From the UHGV virus genome UHGV-1509762: a stretch of DNA of 26,449 bases; one strand, written 5' to 3'. The position numbers were made by a program, and so were the translations under genes. Each line of letters opens with the position of its first letter. The first letter of the stretch is position 1. Origin of the DNA: a virus. Under the pieces are notes generated by a model. That model saw nothing but the letters and a program-made list of their open reading frames with translations. It did not search any database and was not told where the DNA came from. Positions 16,095-25,574 of this stretch are shown here, in pieces.

Positions 16095-16376
16095 ATGACA
16101 GCAGAAGAAAAAAGCGTCCTGTCGCTTTTCATGATTGGGGTGCTGATTGTTGTCGGCAAGGTGCTTGCCGGTGGTGAACCCATCACCCCGCGTCTGTTTA
16201 TCGGACGCATGTTGCTCGGTGGTTTTGTCTCGATGGTTGCCGGTGTTGTTCTGGTGCAGTTTCCTGACCTGTCACTGCCTGCGGTGTGCGGCATCGGCTC
16301 CATGCTGGGTATCGCCGGTTATCAGGTGATTGAGATTGCCATTCAGCGTCGCTTTAAGGGCAGGGGGAAACAGTAA
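16095..16376 (+). CDS. Y: Holin (P2 gpY-like)
   Basis: 93 aa with hydrophobic transmembrane segments and a charged C-terminus (RRFKGRGKQ); first gene of the lysis cassette. Confidence 0.88.
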   Translation: MTAEEKSVLSLFMIGVLIVVGKVLAGGEPITPRLFIGRMLLGGFVSMVAGVVLVQFPDLSLPAVCGIGSMLGIAGYQVIEIAIQRRFKGRGKQ

Positions 16377-16873
16377 TGCCGGTAATTAACACGCATCAGA
16401 ATATCGCCGCCTTTCTCGACATGCTGGCGGTATCCGAAGGGACGGCGAATCATCCGCTGACGAAAAACCGTGGCTATGACGTGATAGTCACCGGACTGGA
16501 CGGGAAGCCGGAAATTTTCACCGACTACAGTGACCACCCGTTCGCACATGGCCGACCGGCGAAGGTGTTTAACCGTCGCGGTGAAAAATCCACGGCCTCC
16601 GGTCGCTATCAGCAGCTTTACCTGTTCTGGCCGCATTACCGCAAACAGCTTGCCCTGCCGGATTTCAGTCCGTTGTCACAGGACAGACTCGCCATTCAGT
16701 TGATCCGCGAACGCGGTGCACTGGATGACATCCGGGCGGGACGCATTGAGCGCGCCATTTCACGCTGTCGCAATATCTGGGCGTCCCTGCCGGGTGCCGG
16801 TTACGGTCAGCGTGAGCATTCACTGGAAAAACTGGTCACCGTCTGGCGTACCGCTGGCGGCGTACCGGCTTAA
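16376..16873 (+). CDS. K: Endolysin (lambda R / P2 gpK-like lysozyme-fold muramidase/transglycosylase)
   Basis: 165 aa; strong similarity to lambda R as I recall it (FLDMLAVSEGT ... GYDVIV ... FTDYSDHP ... SGRYQ ... IWASLPGAGYGQ). Confidence 0.9.
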   Translation: MPVINTHQNIAAFLDMLAVSEGTANHPLTKNRGYDVIVTGLDGKPEIFTDYSDHPFAHGRPAKVFNRRGEKSTASGRYQQLYLFWPHYRKQLALPDFSPLSQDRLAIQLIRERGALDDIRAGRIERAISRCRNIWASLPGAGYGQREHSLEKLVTVWRTAGGVPA

Positions 16874-16887
16874 ACGGAGTAAACATC

Positions 16888-17313
16888 ATGAAGAAATTAT
16901 CCCTTTCACTGATGCTGAACGTGTCGCTGGCGCTGATGCCGGCACTGTCCCTGATTTACCCGCAGAGCGTGGCCGTCAATTTTGTCGCTGCCTGGGCGAT
17001 TCTGGCGACGGTTATCTGTGTGGTTGCCGGTGGTGTCGGCGTGTATGCCACTGAGTATGTGCTGGAACGCTACGGGCGGGAGCTGCCGCCGGAATCGCTG
17101 GCCGTGAAGATTGTCACGTCGCTGTTTTTGCAGCCGGTGCCGTGGTGCAGACGGGCGGTGGGTCTGGTGGTGATGGTGGTGACGTTTATCTCGCTGGTCG
17201 CTGCCGGGTGGATTTTTACCGCGCTGATTTATCTTGTGGCGTCGCTGTTTTTCCGGCTGATACGTACGGCCTGCCGTCAGCGTTTTGAGGGGCGGGAACC
17301 ATGTCAAAGCTGA
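16888..17313 (+). CDS. lysA: Lysis accessory membrane protein (P2 LysA-like)
   Basis: 141 aa, multiple hydrophobic helices, same length and position as P2 lysA. Confidence 0.8.
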   Translation: MKKLSLSLMLNVSLALMPALSLIYPQSVAVNFVAAWAILATVICVVAGGVGVYATEYVLERYGRELPPESLAVKIVTSLFLQPVPWCRRAVGLVVMVVTFISLVAAGWIFTALIYLVASLFFRLIRTACRQRFEGREPCQS

Positions 17314-17726
17314 TGACTGTGCTGGTTGTGTTGTTATCACTGGCGGTGGCCGGTCTGTTTCTGACGAAGCATGAAAACGCCAGACTGCGCGCCTCGCTGG
17401 ACAGGGCGAACAACGTCGCCAGCGGGCAGCAGGCGACCATCACCATGCTGAAAAATCAGCTTCATGTTGCCATCACCAGGGCAGACAAAAACGAGCTGGC
17501 GCAGGTGGCACTGCGTCAGGAACTGGAAAACGCCGCGAAGCGTGAAGCACAGCGCGAGAAAACCATCACGAGATTACTCAATGAAAACGAAGATTTTCGC
17601 CGCTGGTACGGTGCTGACCTGCCTGATGCTGTGCGCCGGTTGCACCAGCGTCCGGCCTGCACCGACGCCAGTGATTGTCGCCAACGCCTGCCCGAAAGTG
17701 AGCCTTTGCCCGATGCCGGGCAGTGA
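17301..17726 (+). CDS. lysB: Inner-membrane spanin (Rz-like, P2 LysB-like)
   Basis: 141 aa with N-terminal transmembrane anchor followed by a coiled-coil-like charged region. Confidence 0.8.
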   Translation: MSKLMTVLVVLLSLAVAGLFLTKHENARLRASLDRANNVASGQQATITMLKNQLHVAITRADKNELAQVALRQELENAAKREAQREKTITRLLNENEDFRRWYGADLPDAVRRLHQRPACTDASDCRQRLPESEPLPDAGQ

Positions 17727-17871
17727 CCCGCAGACGAACGGCGATTTAAGTGCTGATATCCGGCAGCTTGAGAACGCGCTGGCACGCTGTGCCAGCCAGG
17801 TAAAAATGATTAAACACTGTCAGGACGAAAACGATGCTCAAACCCGACAGCCTGCGCAGGGCGCTGACTGA
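17581..17871 (+). CDS. lysC: Outer-membrane lipoprotein spanin (Rz1-like, P2 LysC-like), embedded in the +1 frame of lysB
   Basis: Internal ATG at 17581 of the 17464..17871 track ORF gives MKTKIFAAGTVLTCLMLCAGC, a lipoprotein signal peptide with lipobox cysteine; overlaps the 3' part of lysB in another frame. Confidence 0.75.
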   Translation: MKTKIFAAGTVLTCLMLCAGCTSVRPAPTPVIVANACPKVSLCPMPGSDPQTNGDLSADIRQLENALARCASQVKMIKHCQDENDAQTRQPAQGAD

Positions 17872-18301
17872 CGCCGTCACGGTGCTGAAAACCAGTCCCG
17901 AGATGCTGCGGATATTCGTGGATAACGGGAGTATTGCCTCCACACTGGCGGCGTCGTTGTCATTCGAAAAGCGTTACACGCTCAATGTGATTGTGACCGA
18001 CTTTACCGGTGATTTTGACCTGCTCATTGTGCCGGTGCTGGCGTGGCTGCGGGAAAATCAGCCCGACATCATGACCACCGACGAAGGCCAGAAAAAGGGC
18101 TTCACGTTTTATGCAGACATCAACAATGACAGCAGCTTTGATATCAGCATCAGCCTGATGCTGACCGAGCGCACGCTGGTCAGTGAGGTGGACGGCGCGC
18201 TGCATGTGAAGAATATCCCGGAACCTCCGCCGCCGGAGCCGGTTACCCGCCCGATGGAGCTGTATATCAATGGCGAACTGGTGAGCAAGTGGGATGAATG
18301 A
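17834..18301 (+). CDS. R: Tail completion protein (P2 gpR-like)
   Basis: 155 aa, same length and position as P2 R. Confidence 0.88.
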   Translation: MLKPDSLRRALTDAVTVLKTSPEMLRIFVDNGSIASTLAASLSFEKRYTLNVIVTDFTGDFDLLIVPVLAWLRENQPDIMTTDEGQKKGFTFYADINNDSSFDISISLMLTERTLVSEVDGALHVKNIPEPPPPEPVTRPMELYINGELVSKWDE

Positions 18302-18746
18302 GTTTAAGCGTTTTGAAGACCGGCTGACCGGACTGATTGAGTCGCTGTCACCGTCAGGGCGTCGACGACTGAGTGCCGAACTGGCGAAACGTCTGCGTCA
18401 GAGTCAGCAGCGTCGGGTGATGGCACAGAAAGCCCCGGACGGCACACCCTACGCGCCACGCCAGCAGCAGAGCGCCAGAAAAAAGACCGGTCGCGTTAAG
18501 CGAAAAATGTTTGCGAAACTTATCACCAGTCGTTTTTTGCATATCCGCGCCAGCCCGGAACAGGCATCAATGGAGTTTTACGGCGGGAAGTCACCGAAAA
18601 TCGCCAGCGTGCATCAGTTCGGTCTGTCGGAAGAAAACCGGAAAGACGGTAAGAAAATTGATTATCCGGCGCGTCCTCTGCTCGGCTTTACCGGTGAGGA
18701 TGTGCAGATGATTGAAGAGATTATCCTGGCTCACCTCGACCGTTAG
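18294..18746 (+). CDS. S: Tail completion protein (P2 gpS-like)
   Basis: 150 aa, same length and position as P2 S. Confidence 0.88.
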   Translation: MNEFKRFEDRLTGLIESLSPSGRRRLSAELAKRLRQSQQRRVMAQKAPDGTPYAPRQQQSARKKTGRVKRKMFAKLITSRFLHIRASPEQASMEFYGGKSPKIASVHQFGLSEENRKDGKKIDYPARPLLGFTGEDVQMIEEIILAHLDR

Positions 18747-18812
18747 TTGTGCCATTCCCGACACCTCATCGTCACATTGCCGCCGGTATGACCCGGCGGC
18801 ATCCTTCCCGTT

Positions 18813-19448
18813 ATGAACACTCTCGCAAATATTCAGGAACTCGCGCGCGCACTGCGCAACATGATTCGCACCGGCGTTATCGTCGAAACCGACCTTAACG
18901 CCGGTCGCTGCCGTGTGCAGACCGGCGGCATGTGTACCGACTGGCTGCAGTGGCTGACCCATCGCGCCGGACGTTCGCGCACATGGTGGGCACCTTCCGT
19001 GGGGGAACAGGTGCTGATTCTGGCCGTGGGCGGTGAACTCGACACGGCGTTCGTTCTGCCGGGGATTTATTCCGGCGATAACCCCGCGCCGTCTGCGTCG
19101 GCGGATGCCCTGCATATCCGTTTCCCTGACGGGGCGGTGATTGAGTATGAACCCGAAACCAGTGCACTCACGGTAAGCGGAATTAAAACGGCCAGCGTGA
19201 CGGCTTCTGATTCTGTTACTGCCACGGTGCCGGTGGTCATGGTGAAAGCATCAACCCGCGTCACCCTGGACACACCGGAGGTGGTCTGCACTAACAAACT
19301 GACTACCGGCACGCTGGAAGTGCAGAAGGGTGGGACGATGCGCGGCAACATTGAACACACCGGTGGTGAACTCTCATCAAACGGTAAGGTGCTGCATACC
19401 CATAAACACCCCGGCGACAGCGGCGGCACAACCGGGAGCCCTCTATGA
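18813..19448 (+). CDS. V: Baseplate spike/assembly protein (P2 gpV-like)
   Basis: 211 aa, same length and position as P2 V. Confidence 0.88.
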   Translation: MNTLANIQELARALRNMIRTGVIVETDLNAGRCRVQTGGMCTDWLQWLTHRAGRSRTWWAPSVGEQVLILAVGGELDTAFVLPGIYSGDNPAPSASADALHIRFPDGAVIEYEPETSALTVSGIKTASVTASDSVTATVPVVMVKASTRVTLDTPEVVCTNKLTTGTLEVQKGGTMRGNIEHTGGELSSNGKVLHTHKHPGDSGGTTGSPL

Positions 19449-19792
19449 CAGCGCGTTATCTCGGAATGAATTGCAGTGATGGCCTGACTGTCACTGACCT
19501 TGAGCATATCAGCCAGAGTATCGGCGATATCCTGCGCACACCGGTCGGCTCGCGGGTGATGCGTCGTGATTACGGCTCGTTGCTGGCGTCAATGATTGAC
19601 CAGCCGCAGACTCCGGCGCTTGAGTTGCAGATTAAGGTCGCCTGTTACATGGCGGTGCTGAAATGGGAACCCCGCGTCACCCTGTCATCCGTCACCACGG
19701 CGCGCAGCTTTGACGGTCGAATGACAGTTACGTTAACCGGCCAGCATAACGACACCGGCCAGCCACTTTCGTTAACCATCCCTGTGAGTTGA
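19445..19792 (+). CDS. W: Baseplate wedge protein (P2 gpW-like, gp25 family)
   Basis: 115 aa, ATG overlapping the V stop; same length and position as P2 W. Confidence 0.88.
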   Translation: MTARYLGMNCSDGLTVTDLEHISQSIGDILRTPVGSRVMRRDYGSLLASMIDQPQTPALELQIKVACYMAVLKWEPRVTLSSVTTARSFDGRMTVTLTGQHNDTGQPLSLTIPVS

Positions 19793-19796
19793 AACC

Positions 19797-20705
19797 ATGC
19801 CGATTATCGACCTGAACCAGCTACCCGCACCGGATGTGGTTGAGGAGCTGGACTTTGAAACCATTCTCGCCGAACGCAAGGCGACACTGATTTCCCTTTA
19901 CCCGGAAGACCAGCAGGAGGCGGTCGCCCGTACCCTGACGCTGGAATCTGAGCCTCTCGTCAAACTGCTGGAGGAAAATGCTTATCGTGAGCTTATCTGG
20001 CGTCAGCGTGTGAATGAGGCTGCACGGGCGGTAATGCTGGCCTGTGCCGCCGGTAATGACCTTGATGTGATTGGTGCCAATTACAACACCACGCGCCTGA
20101 CTATCACCCCGGCAGATGATTCGACCATTCCGCCGACACCGGCAGTGATGGAATCTGACACAGATTATCGTCTGCGTATTCAGCAGGCGTTTGAAGGTTT
20201 AAGCGTCGCCGGGTCGGTGGGTGCCTATCAGTATCATGGACGCAGTGCTGACGGGCGTGTTGCGGATATCTCTGTCACCAGTCCGTCTCCGGCCTGCGTC
20301 ACTATCTCCGTGCTGTCACGTGAAAATAACGGTGTCGCATCCGAAGACCTGCTGGCCGTGGTGCGTAACGCCCTGAATGGCGAGGACGTCAGACCGGTGG
20401 CCGACCGCGTGACCGTACAGTCTGCCGCCATCGTTGAATACCAGATAAACGCCACGCTTTACCTTTACCCTGGTCCCGAAAGCGAACCCATCCGCGCTGC
20501 CGCCGTGAAAAAACTGGAAGCGTACATCACGGCACAGCACCGGCTGGGGCGCGACATCCGTCTGTCTGCCATTTATGCCGCTTTGCATGTGGAAGGCGTG
20601 CAGCGTGTCGAACTGGCTGCACCGCTGGCCGACATTGTGCTCAACAGTACGCAGGCGTCTTTCTGTACCGAATACCGCGTCGTGACCGGAGGCTCGGATG
20701 AGTGA
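19797..20705 (+). CDS. J: Baseplate protein (P2 gpJ-like)
   Basis: 302 aa, same length and position as P2 J. Confidence 0.88.
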   Translation: MPIIDLNQLPAPDVVEELDFETILAERKATLISLYPEDQQEAVARTLTLESEPLVKLLEENAYRELIWRQRVNEAARAVMLACAAGNDLDVIGANYNTTRLTITPADDSTIPPTPAVMESDTDYRLRIQQAFEGLSVAGSVGAYQYHGRSADGRVADISVTSPSPACVTISVLSRENNGVASEDLLAVVRNALNGEDVRPVADRVTVQSAAIVEYQINATLYLYPGPESEPIRAAAVKKLEAYITAQHRLGRDIRLSAIYAALHVEGVQRVELAAPLADIVLNSTQASFCTEYRVVTGGSDE

Positions 20706-21225
20706 GCGCCTGCTGCCGACCGGCTCATCACCGCTTGAAATTGCTGCCGCAAAAGCCTGTGCGGAAATTGAAAAAACGCCGGTCAGTATTCGTGAACTGT
20801 GGAACCCGGACACCTGTCCGGCAAATCTGCTGCCGTGGCTGGCGTGGGCGTTTTCGGTCGACAGGTGGGATGAAAAGTGGCCGGAAGCGACAAAACGCGC
20901 CGTTATCCGCGATGCCTATTTCATCCACTGTCATAAAGGCACTGTCGGCGCAATCCGGCGTGTGGTGGAGCCGCTCGGCTATCTCATTAACGTAAAGGAA
21001 TGGTGGGAGACAAACGACCCGCCCGGAACCTTCCGCCTTGATATCGGCGTACTGGAAAGCGGCATCACGGAGGAGATGTATCTGGAAATGGAACGGCTTA
21101 TTGCCGATGCCAAACCCGCAAGTCGCCACCTTATCGGTCTGAACATTATCCAGGACATTCCCGGCTGTCTGTATACAGGCGGTGTGGTCTGTGATGGTGA
21201 TGTTATTACTGTTTATCCCGGATAA
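20698..21225 (+). CDS. I: Baseplate / tail-fibre attachment protein (P2 gpI-like)
   Basis: 175 aa, overlaps the J stop; position as P2 I. Confidence 0.85.
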   Translation: MSERLLPTGSSPLEIAAAKACAEIEKTPVSIRELWNPDTCPANLLPWLAWAFSVDRWDEKWPEATKRAVIRDAYFIHCHKGTVGAIRRVVEPLGYLINVKEWWETNDPPGTFRLDIGVLESGITEEMYLEMERLIADAKPASRHLIGLNIIQDIPGCLYTGGVVCDGDVITVYPG

Positions 21226-21235
21226 GTGAGAAACA

Positions 21236-23995
21236 ATGAGCACGAAATTTAAAACCGTTATCACTACTGCCGGAGCCGCGAAGCTGGCAGCCGCCACTGT
21301 TCCCGGCGGGAAAAAAGTAAACCTGTCTGCAATGGCTGTGGGTGACGGTAATGGCCAATTGCCGGTGCCGGATGCCGGTCAGACGAAACTGGTGCATGAA
21401 GTCTGGCGTCATGCCCTGAATAAAGTCAGTGTGGATAACAAGAATAAAAACTATATCGTGGCTGAACTGGTTGTTCCGCCAGAAGTGGGCGGCTTCTGGA
21501 TGCGTGAGCTTGGTCTGTATGACGATGCCGGAACACTGATTGCGGTATCCAACATGGCAGAAAGCTATAAGCCAGAACTGGCTGAAGGCTCCGGACGTGC
21601 GCAGACCTGCCGCATGGTTATTATTCTCAGCAACGTGGCGTCCGTTGAGCTGAGTATTGATGCCAGCACAGTGATGGCGACGCAGGATTACGTCGATGAC
21701 AAAATCGCAGAGCATGAGCAGTCCCGCCGCCATCCTGACGCCACGCTGACAGAAAAAGGTTTTACTCAGTTAAGCAGTGCAACAAACAGCACCAGTGAAA
21801 AGCAGGCTGCAACGCCAAAGGCAGTAAAAGCAGCCTATGACAATGCTGAGAAACGTCTGCAGAAAGACCAGAACGGTGGCGATATTCCAGATAAGGACGC
21901 TTTTCTGGACAATGTTGGCGTTACCAGCCTGACGTTTATGAAAAACAATGGCGAAATGCCGCTTGATGCTGATCTGAATACATTTGGTCCCGTTAAGGCT
22001 TATCTGGGAATCTGGTCTAAAGCTACCTCAACTAACGCAACACTGGAGAAAAATTTCCCGGAAGATAATGCTGTCGGTGTGCTTGAGGTTTTTGCTGCCG
22101 GCAATTTTGCAGGTACGCAACGCTTCACCACGAGAGACGGCAATGTATACATACGCAGACTCGCCAATAAGTGGAATGGCTCTGATGGTCCGTGGGGCAT
22201 ATGGCGTCACACTCAATCAGCTACCCGCCCTTTGAGTACGACTATAGACCTGAATACGCTTGGAGCCGCCGAACATCTTGGTTTATGGCGTAACAGTAGC
22301 TCGGCTATAGCTTCATATGAACGCAATTATCCAGAGGAAGGCGGCTTTGCTCAGGGGATGCTTGAGATCCTCGAAGGCGGAAATTATGGAAGAACGCAAC
22401 GTTATACCACTCGCCGTGGAAATATGTATGTCCGCTGCCTTGCGGCAAGCTGGGATGCATCAAATCCGCAGTGGGAACCGTGGTTAAGAGTCGGTCATCA
22501 GTCAGAGAGTCGTTATTACGAAGGTGATTTGAATGATGTAACCTCACCAGGTATTTACAGCGTTACAGGTAAAGCGACCAACGGTCCAGTACTGGACGGA
22601 AACGGCGTGACTGTACTCGGCATTCTGGAAGTGTTGAGGCGGTTTGATGGTGTTAATGTATGGCAGCGTTATACAACTGCCGGAACAGGTACAACCCTTA
22701 AAGGCCGCACCTTTGAGCGCGTCTTTACCGGCAGCTCATGGAGCGAATGGCGGGAAGTCTACACCTCGTATTCACTTCCCCTGAATCTGGGTATCGGCGG
22801 TGCTGTGGCAAAGCTCACCAGACTGGACTGGCAGACCTACGATTTTGTGCCGGGCAGTCTGATAACCGTTAGGCTGGATAATATGACCAATATTCCCGAC
22901 GGTATGGACTGGGGCGTCATTGATGGCAACCTGATAAACATCGCAGTTGGTCCGAGTGATGATTCCGGTACGGGGCGCTCAATGCATGTATGGCGCAGCA
23001 CTGTAAGTAAAGCGAACTACCGATTTTTTATGGTGCGTATTTCAGGAAATCCGGGAAGCCGCACGATCACAGCAAGACGAGTACCAATCATTGACGAAGC
23101 CCAGACATGGGGCGCGAAACAGACATTCAGTGCTGGCCTTTCTGGTGAACTGTCCGGCAATGCGGCGACAGCAACAAAGCTGAAAACAGCCCGTAAAATT
23201 AATAACGTTTCGTTTGATGGAACATCAGATATTAACCTGACGCCGAAAAATATTGGTGCATTTGCTTCAGGAAAAACAGGAGACACCGTTGCGAATGATA
23301 AAGCCGTTGGGTGGAACTGGAGTAGCGGAGCCTATAACGCAACTACTGGTGGGGTATCAACGTTAATTCTTCATTTTAATATCGGTGAAGGAAGTTGTCC
23401 CGCCGCCCAGTTCCGCGTTAATTATAAGAACGGCGGTATTTTTTATCGTTCTGCTCGTGACGGTTACGGATTCGAGGCTGACTGGTCTGAGTTTTATACC
23501 ACAACGCGAAAACCTACAGCGGGAGATGTCGGTGCACTGCCGTTATCTGGTGGTCAATTGAATGGTGCTCTGGGTATAGGAACATCCAGTGCTCTTGGCG
23601 GTAATTCGATTGTTTTGGGTGATAATGACACGGGCTTTAAACAAAATGGTGATGGTAATCTGGATGTTTATGCTAATAGCGTCCATGTTATGCGCTTTGT
23701 CTCGGGAAGTATTCAAAGTAATAAAACCATAAATATTACGGGGCGTGTTAATCCCTCGGATTACGGTAACTTTGATTCCCGCTATGTCCGGGATATCCGG
23801 CTTGGTGGTGCTGCCACATACAAACCTGCGAACAATGGCATGACATGGACACATCAGGCACCGTCCGGGTGTGTATATTCCGGCATTATTGTTCAGGATA
23901 CCGGCTCAAACTCTGCCGATAACATTGGTGGTGTATATTACAGACCGGTTCAGAAATACATTAACGGGACATGGTATAACGTGGCGCAGGTATAA
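21236..23995 (+). CDS. H: Tail fibre protein (P2 gpH-like N-terminus with an extended, repeat-containing distal part)
   Basis: 919 aa. The N-terminal 200 or so residues (TVITTAGAAKLAAAT ... ATNSTSEKQAATPKAVKAAYD) resemble P2 H; the rest is longer than P2 H (669 aa) and contains three tandem degenerate repeats of about 90 aa. Confidence 0.9.
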   Translation: MSTKFKTVITTAGAAKLAAATVPGGKKVNLSAMAVGDGNGQLPVPDAGQTKLVHEVWRHALNKVSVDNKNKNYIVAELVVPPEVGGFWMRELGLYDDAGTLIAVSNMAESYKPELAEGSGRAQTCRMVIILSNVASVELSIDASTVMATQDYVDDKIAEHEQSRRHPDATLTEKGFTQLSSATNSTSEKQAATPKAVKAAYDNAEKRLQKDQNGGDIPDKDAFLDNVGVTSLTFMKNNGEMPLDADLNTFGPVKAYLGIWSKATSTNATLEKNFPEDNAVGVLEVFAAGNFAGTQRFTTRDGNVYIRRLANKWNGSDGPWGIWRHTQSATRPLSTTIDLNTLGAAEHLGLWRNSSSAIASYERNYPEEGGFAQGMLEILEGGNYGRTQRYTTRRGNMYVRCLAASWDASNPQWEPWLRVGHQSESRYYEGDLNDVTSPGIYSVTGKATNGPVLDGNGVTVLGILEVLRRFDGVNVWQRYTTAGTGTTLKGRTFERVFTGSSWSEWREVYTSYSLPLNLGIGGAVAKLTRLDWQTYDFVPGSLITVRLDNMTNIPDGMDWGVIDGNLINIAVGPSDDSGTGRSMHVWRSTVSKANYRFFMVRISGNPGSRTITARRVPIIDEAQTWGAKQTFSAGLSGELSGNAATATKLKTARKINNVSFDGTSDINLTPKNIGAFASGKTGDTVANDKAVGWNWSSGAYNATTGGVSTLILHFNIGEGSCPAAQFRVNYKNGGIFYRSARDGYGFEADWSEFYTTTRKPTAGDVGALPLSGGQLNGALGIGTSSALGGNSIVLGDNDTGFKQNGDGNLDVYANSVHVMRFVSGSIQSNKTINITGRVNPSDYGNFDSRYVRDIRLGGAATYKPANNGMTWTHQAPSGCVYSGIIVQDTGSNSADNIGGVYYRPVQKYINGTWYNVAQV

Positions 23996-23998
23996 TTT

Positions 23999-24526
23999 AT
24001 GCAGCATTTAAAAAATATTACGGCGGGTAATCCAAAAACGGTTGAACAATATCAATTGACAAAAGACTTTGATGTTGTCTGGTTTTTTTCAGAAGATGGT
24101 AAGAACTGGTACGAAGAACAAAAGTATTTTGCTGATGACACGCTAAAAATAGCGTACGACAAAGATAATATCATCCGCTATGTGGAAAAGGATGTGACAG
24201 CTATCAGACCGGATGGATTAAGTGTTGTTGAAGTGGCGGATATTACTGCTAACCGACGGGCGGACATTTCAGGGAACTGGATGTTTAAGGACGGCAAAGT
24301 GATTAAACGCATTTATACGGCAGAGGAATTGCTGCAGCAGGCAGAAAACCGGAAAGCCAGACTTCTTGCAGATGCTGAATCCGTGATTTTGCCGCTGGAG
24401 CGCGCGGTCAGACTGAACATGGCAACAGATGAGGAGCGTAGCCGACTGGATGCATGGGAGCGTTACAGCGTTCTGGTCAGTCGTGTGGATCCTGCAAATC
24501 CTGAATGGCCGGAAATGCCGCAATAA
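23999..24526 (+). CDS. G: Tail fibre assembly chaperone (P2 gpG-like)
   Basis: 175 aa immediately downstream of H; same length and position as P2 G. Confidence 0.85.
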   Translation: MQHLKNITAGNPKTVEQYQLTKDFDVVWFFSEDGKNWYEEQKYFADDTLKIAYDKDNIIRYVEKDVTAIRPDGLSVVEVADITANRRADISGNWMFKDGKVIKRIYTAEELLQQAENRKARLLADAESVILPLERAVRLNMATDEERSRLDAWERYSVLVSRVDPANPEWPEMPQ

Positions 24527-24747
24527 GTTGTATGATCTCTGGAGTGAGCAAACATATCTATGGCACAGAGTAAAGCCTAATCTGACAGGCCGCTCTGTGT
24601 CTGGAGTAGATTTTAGTAAAGCATTATTTTATTAGTGCAAATTCTAATCAATACATTTTATGTATATGATATCCTGCAGACTTTAATGACTTGGTTTAGG
24701 CTAACCAGATAACACTGAAGGAATATTTTTGATAATTAAGGTGCGGT

Positions 24748-25341
24748 ATGTTTACTAAGCGACGATTAAAAAATATTAACTGGGAGGCAAGTTCAGTGAT
24801 TCTTGCTATGGTTCTCTTTGTTGGAAATATATTTTATACAAATCATCGTGATGATATAACTATGGAGGCTGAGAGGGACAGTATCAGAACAATGTTTGCA
24901 TATGAAATCGCTAATAACCATCGCGCTCTCACTTTTCTTGATAAAACGAGATATATTGGCTTTGACGAAAATTCGGAGCATTTTGTTGGCGAGCCTTTTG
25001 CCATTAATGTCAAATCATTAGGGGGGCCTCGCTTACAGATTGCATTAAACCAGACTGATAAAGTGTTTAAATCCTACTTCAGCGAATTAAGTAAGCTTGA
25101 TAAAGAGGATGTTACTCTTCTTATGGACTATTACCATGAGCAAAGCATCCTGCTGGAGCGTGTAAAATCTACGTTACAGAAGATGAAAAGTGGTAATGAT
25201 ATTAAAGTTGATATTGATGGTTACTTATTAGAAGAACACTTCATGAATGAGCTTAATCTTTCTAATATTTTGCTTAAACGCTATAGCCATTTGTTGTCAC
25301 AACACGCCAAAGAACATAAAACAAAAGATTTACATAATTGA
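24748..25341 (+). CDS. Hypothetical membrane-anchored protein of unknown function (cargo gene at the G-downstream hotspot)
   Basis: 197-aa ORF in a visibly AT-rich island; TAAGGTG RBS just upstream of the ATG; N-terminal basic stretch then one hydrophobic helix (SSVILAMVLFVGNIFY), remainder charged. No family recognised. Confidence 0.6.
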   Translation: MFTKRRLKNINWEASSVILAMVLFVGNIFYTNHRDDITMEAERDSIRTMFAYEIANNHRALTFLDKTRYIGFDENSEHFVGEPFAINVKSLGGPRLQIALNQTDKVFKSYFSELSKLDKEDVTLLMDYYHEQSILLERVKSTLQKMKSGNDIKVDIDGYLLEEHFMNELNLSNILLKRYSHLLSQHAKEHKTKDLHN

Positions 25342-25546
25342 TAATCTGCTAATGGTTATTCATGGGGTAACTATGTTTTATATGTAATCCAACTCAGATG
25401 AATTATTGATTCTGGATAATAACCGCAGAGCGGTATATACCCTGACAGGCAAATGTCCGCTTCTTGTTCAAAGCAGACCGTCAGATTTGATAACTTTTGG
25501 GCTATGTAAATTGTCAGTCGGAAAATGAGTGAGTTCAAATCAGGAC

Positions 25547-25574
25547 AGGCGGGCGAATTGCCCGCCTTTTCTTT
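25547..25574 (+). terminator. Rho-independent terminator (AGGCGGGC / GCCCGCCT stem, T-rich tail)
   Basis: Seen directly: 8-bp GC stem with 5-nt loop (25547-25567) followed by TTTTCTTT; downstream of the 197-aa ORF and just before the IS2 end. Confidence 0.6.

Noticed and set aside
16906-19507. Minus-strand ORFs in the lysis/tail region (16906..17340 histidine/arginine-rich, 18591..19115, 18895..19167, 19067..19507)
   Set aside because: Antisense to lysA, S and V; low-complexity composition and no translation signals.
24564-24599. Inverted repeat CACAGAG ... CTCTGTG downstream of gene G as a possible terminator
   Set aside because: Only a 7-bp stem with a 22-nt loop and no following T run; not convincing as an intrinsic terminator.
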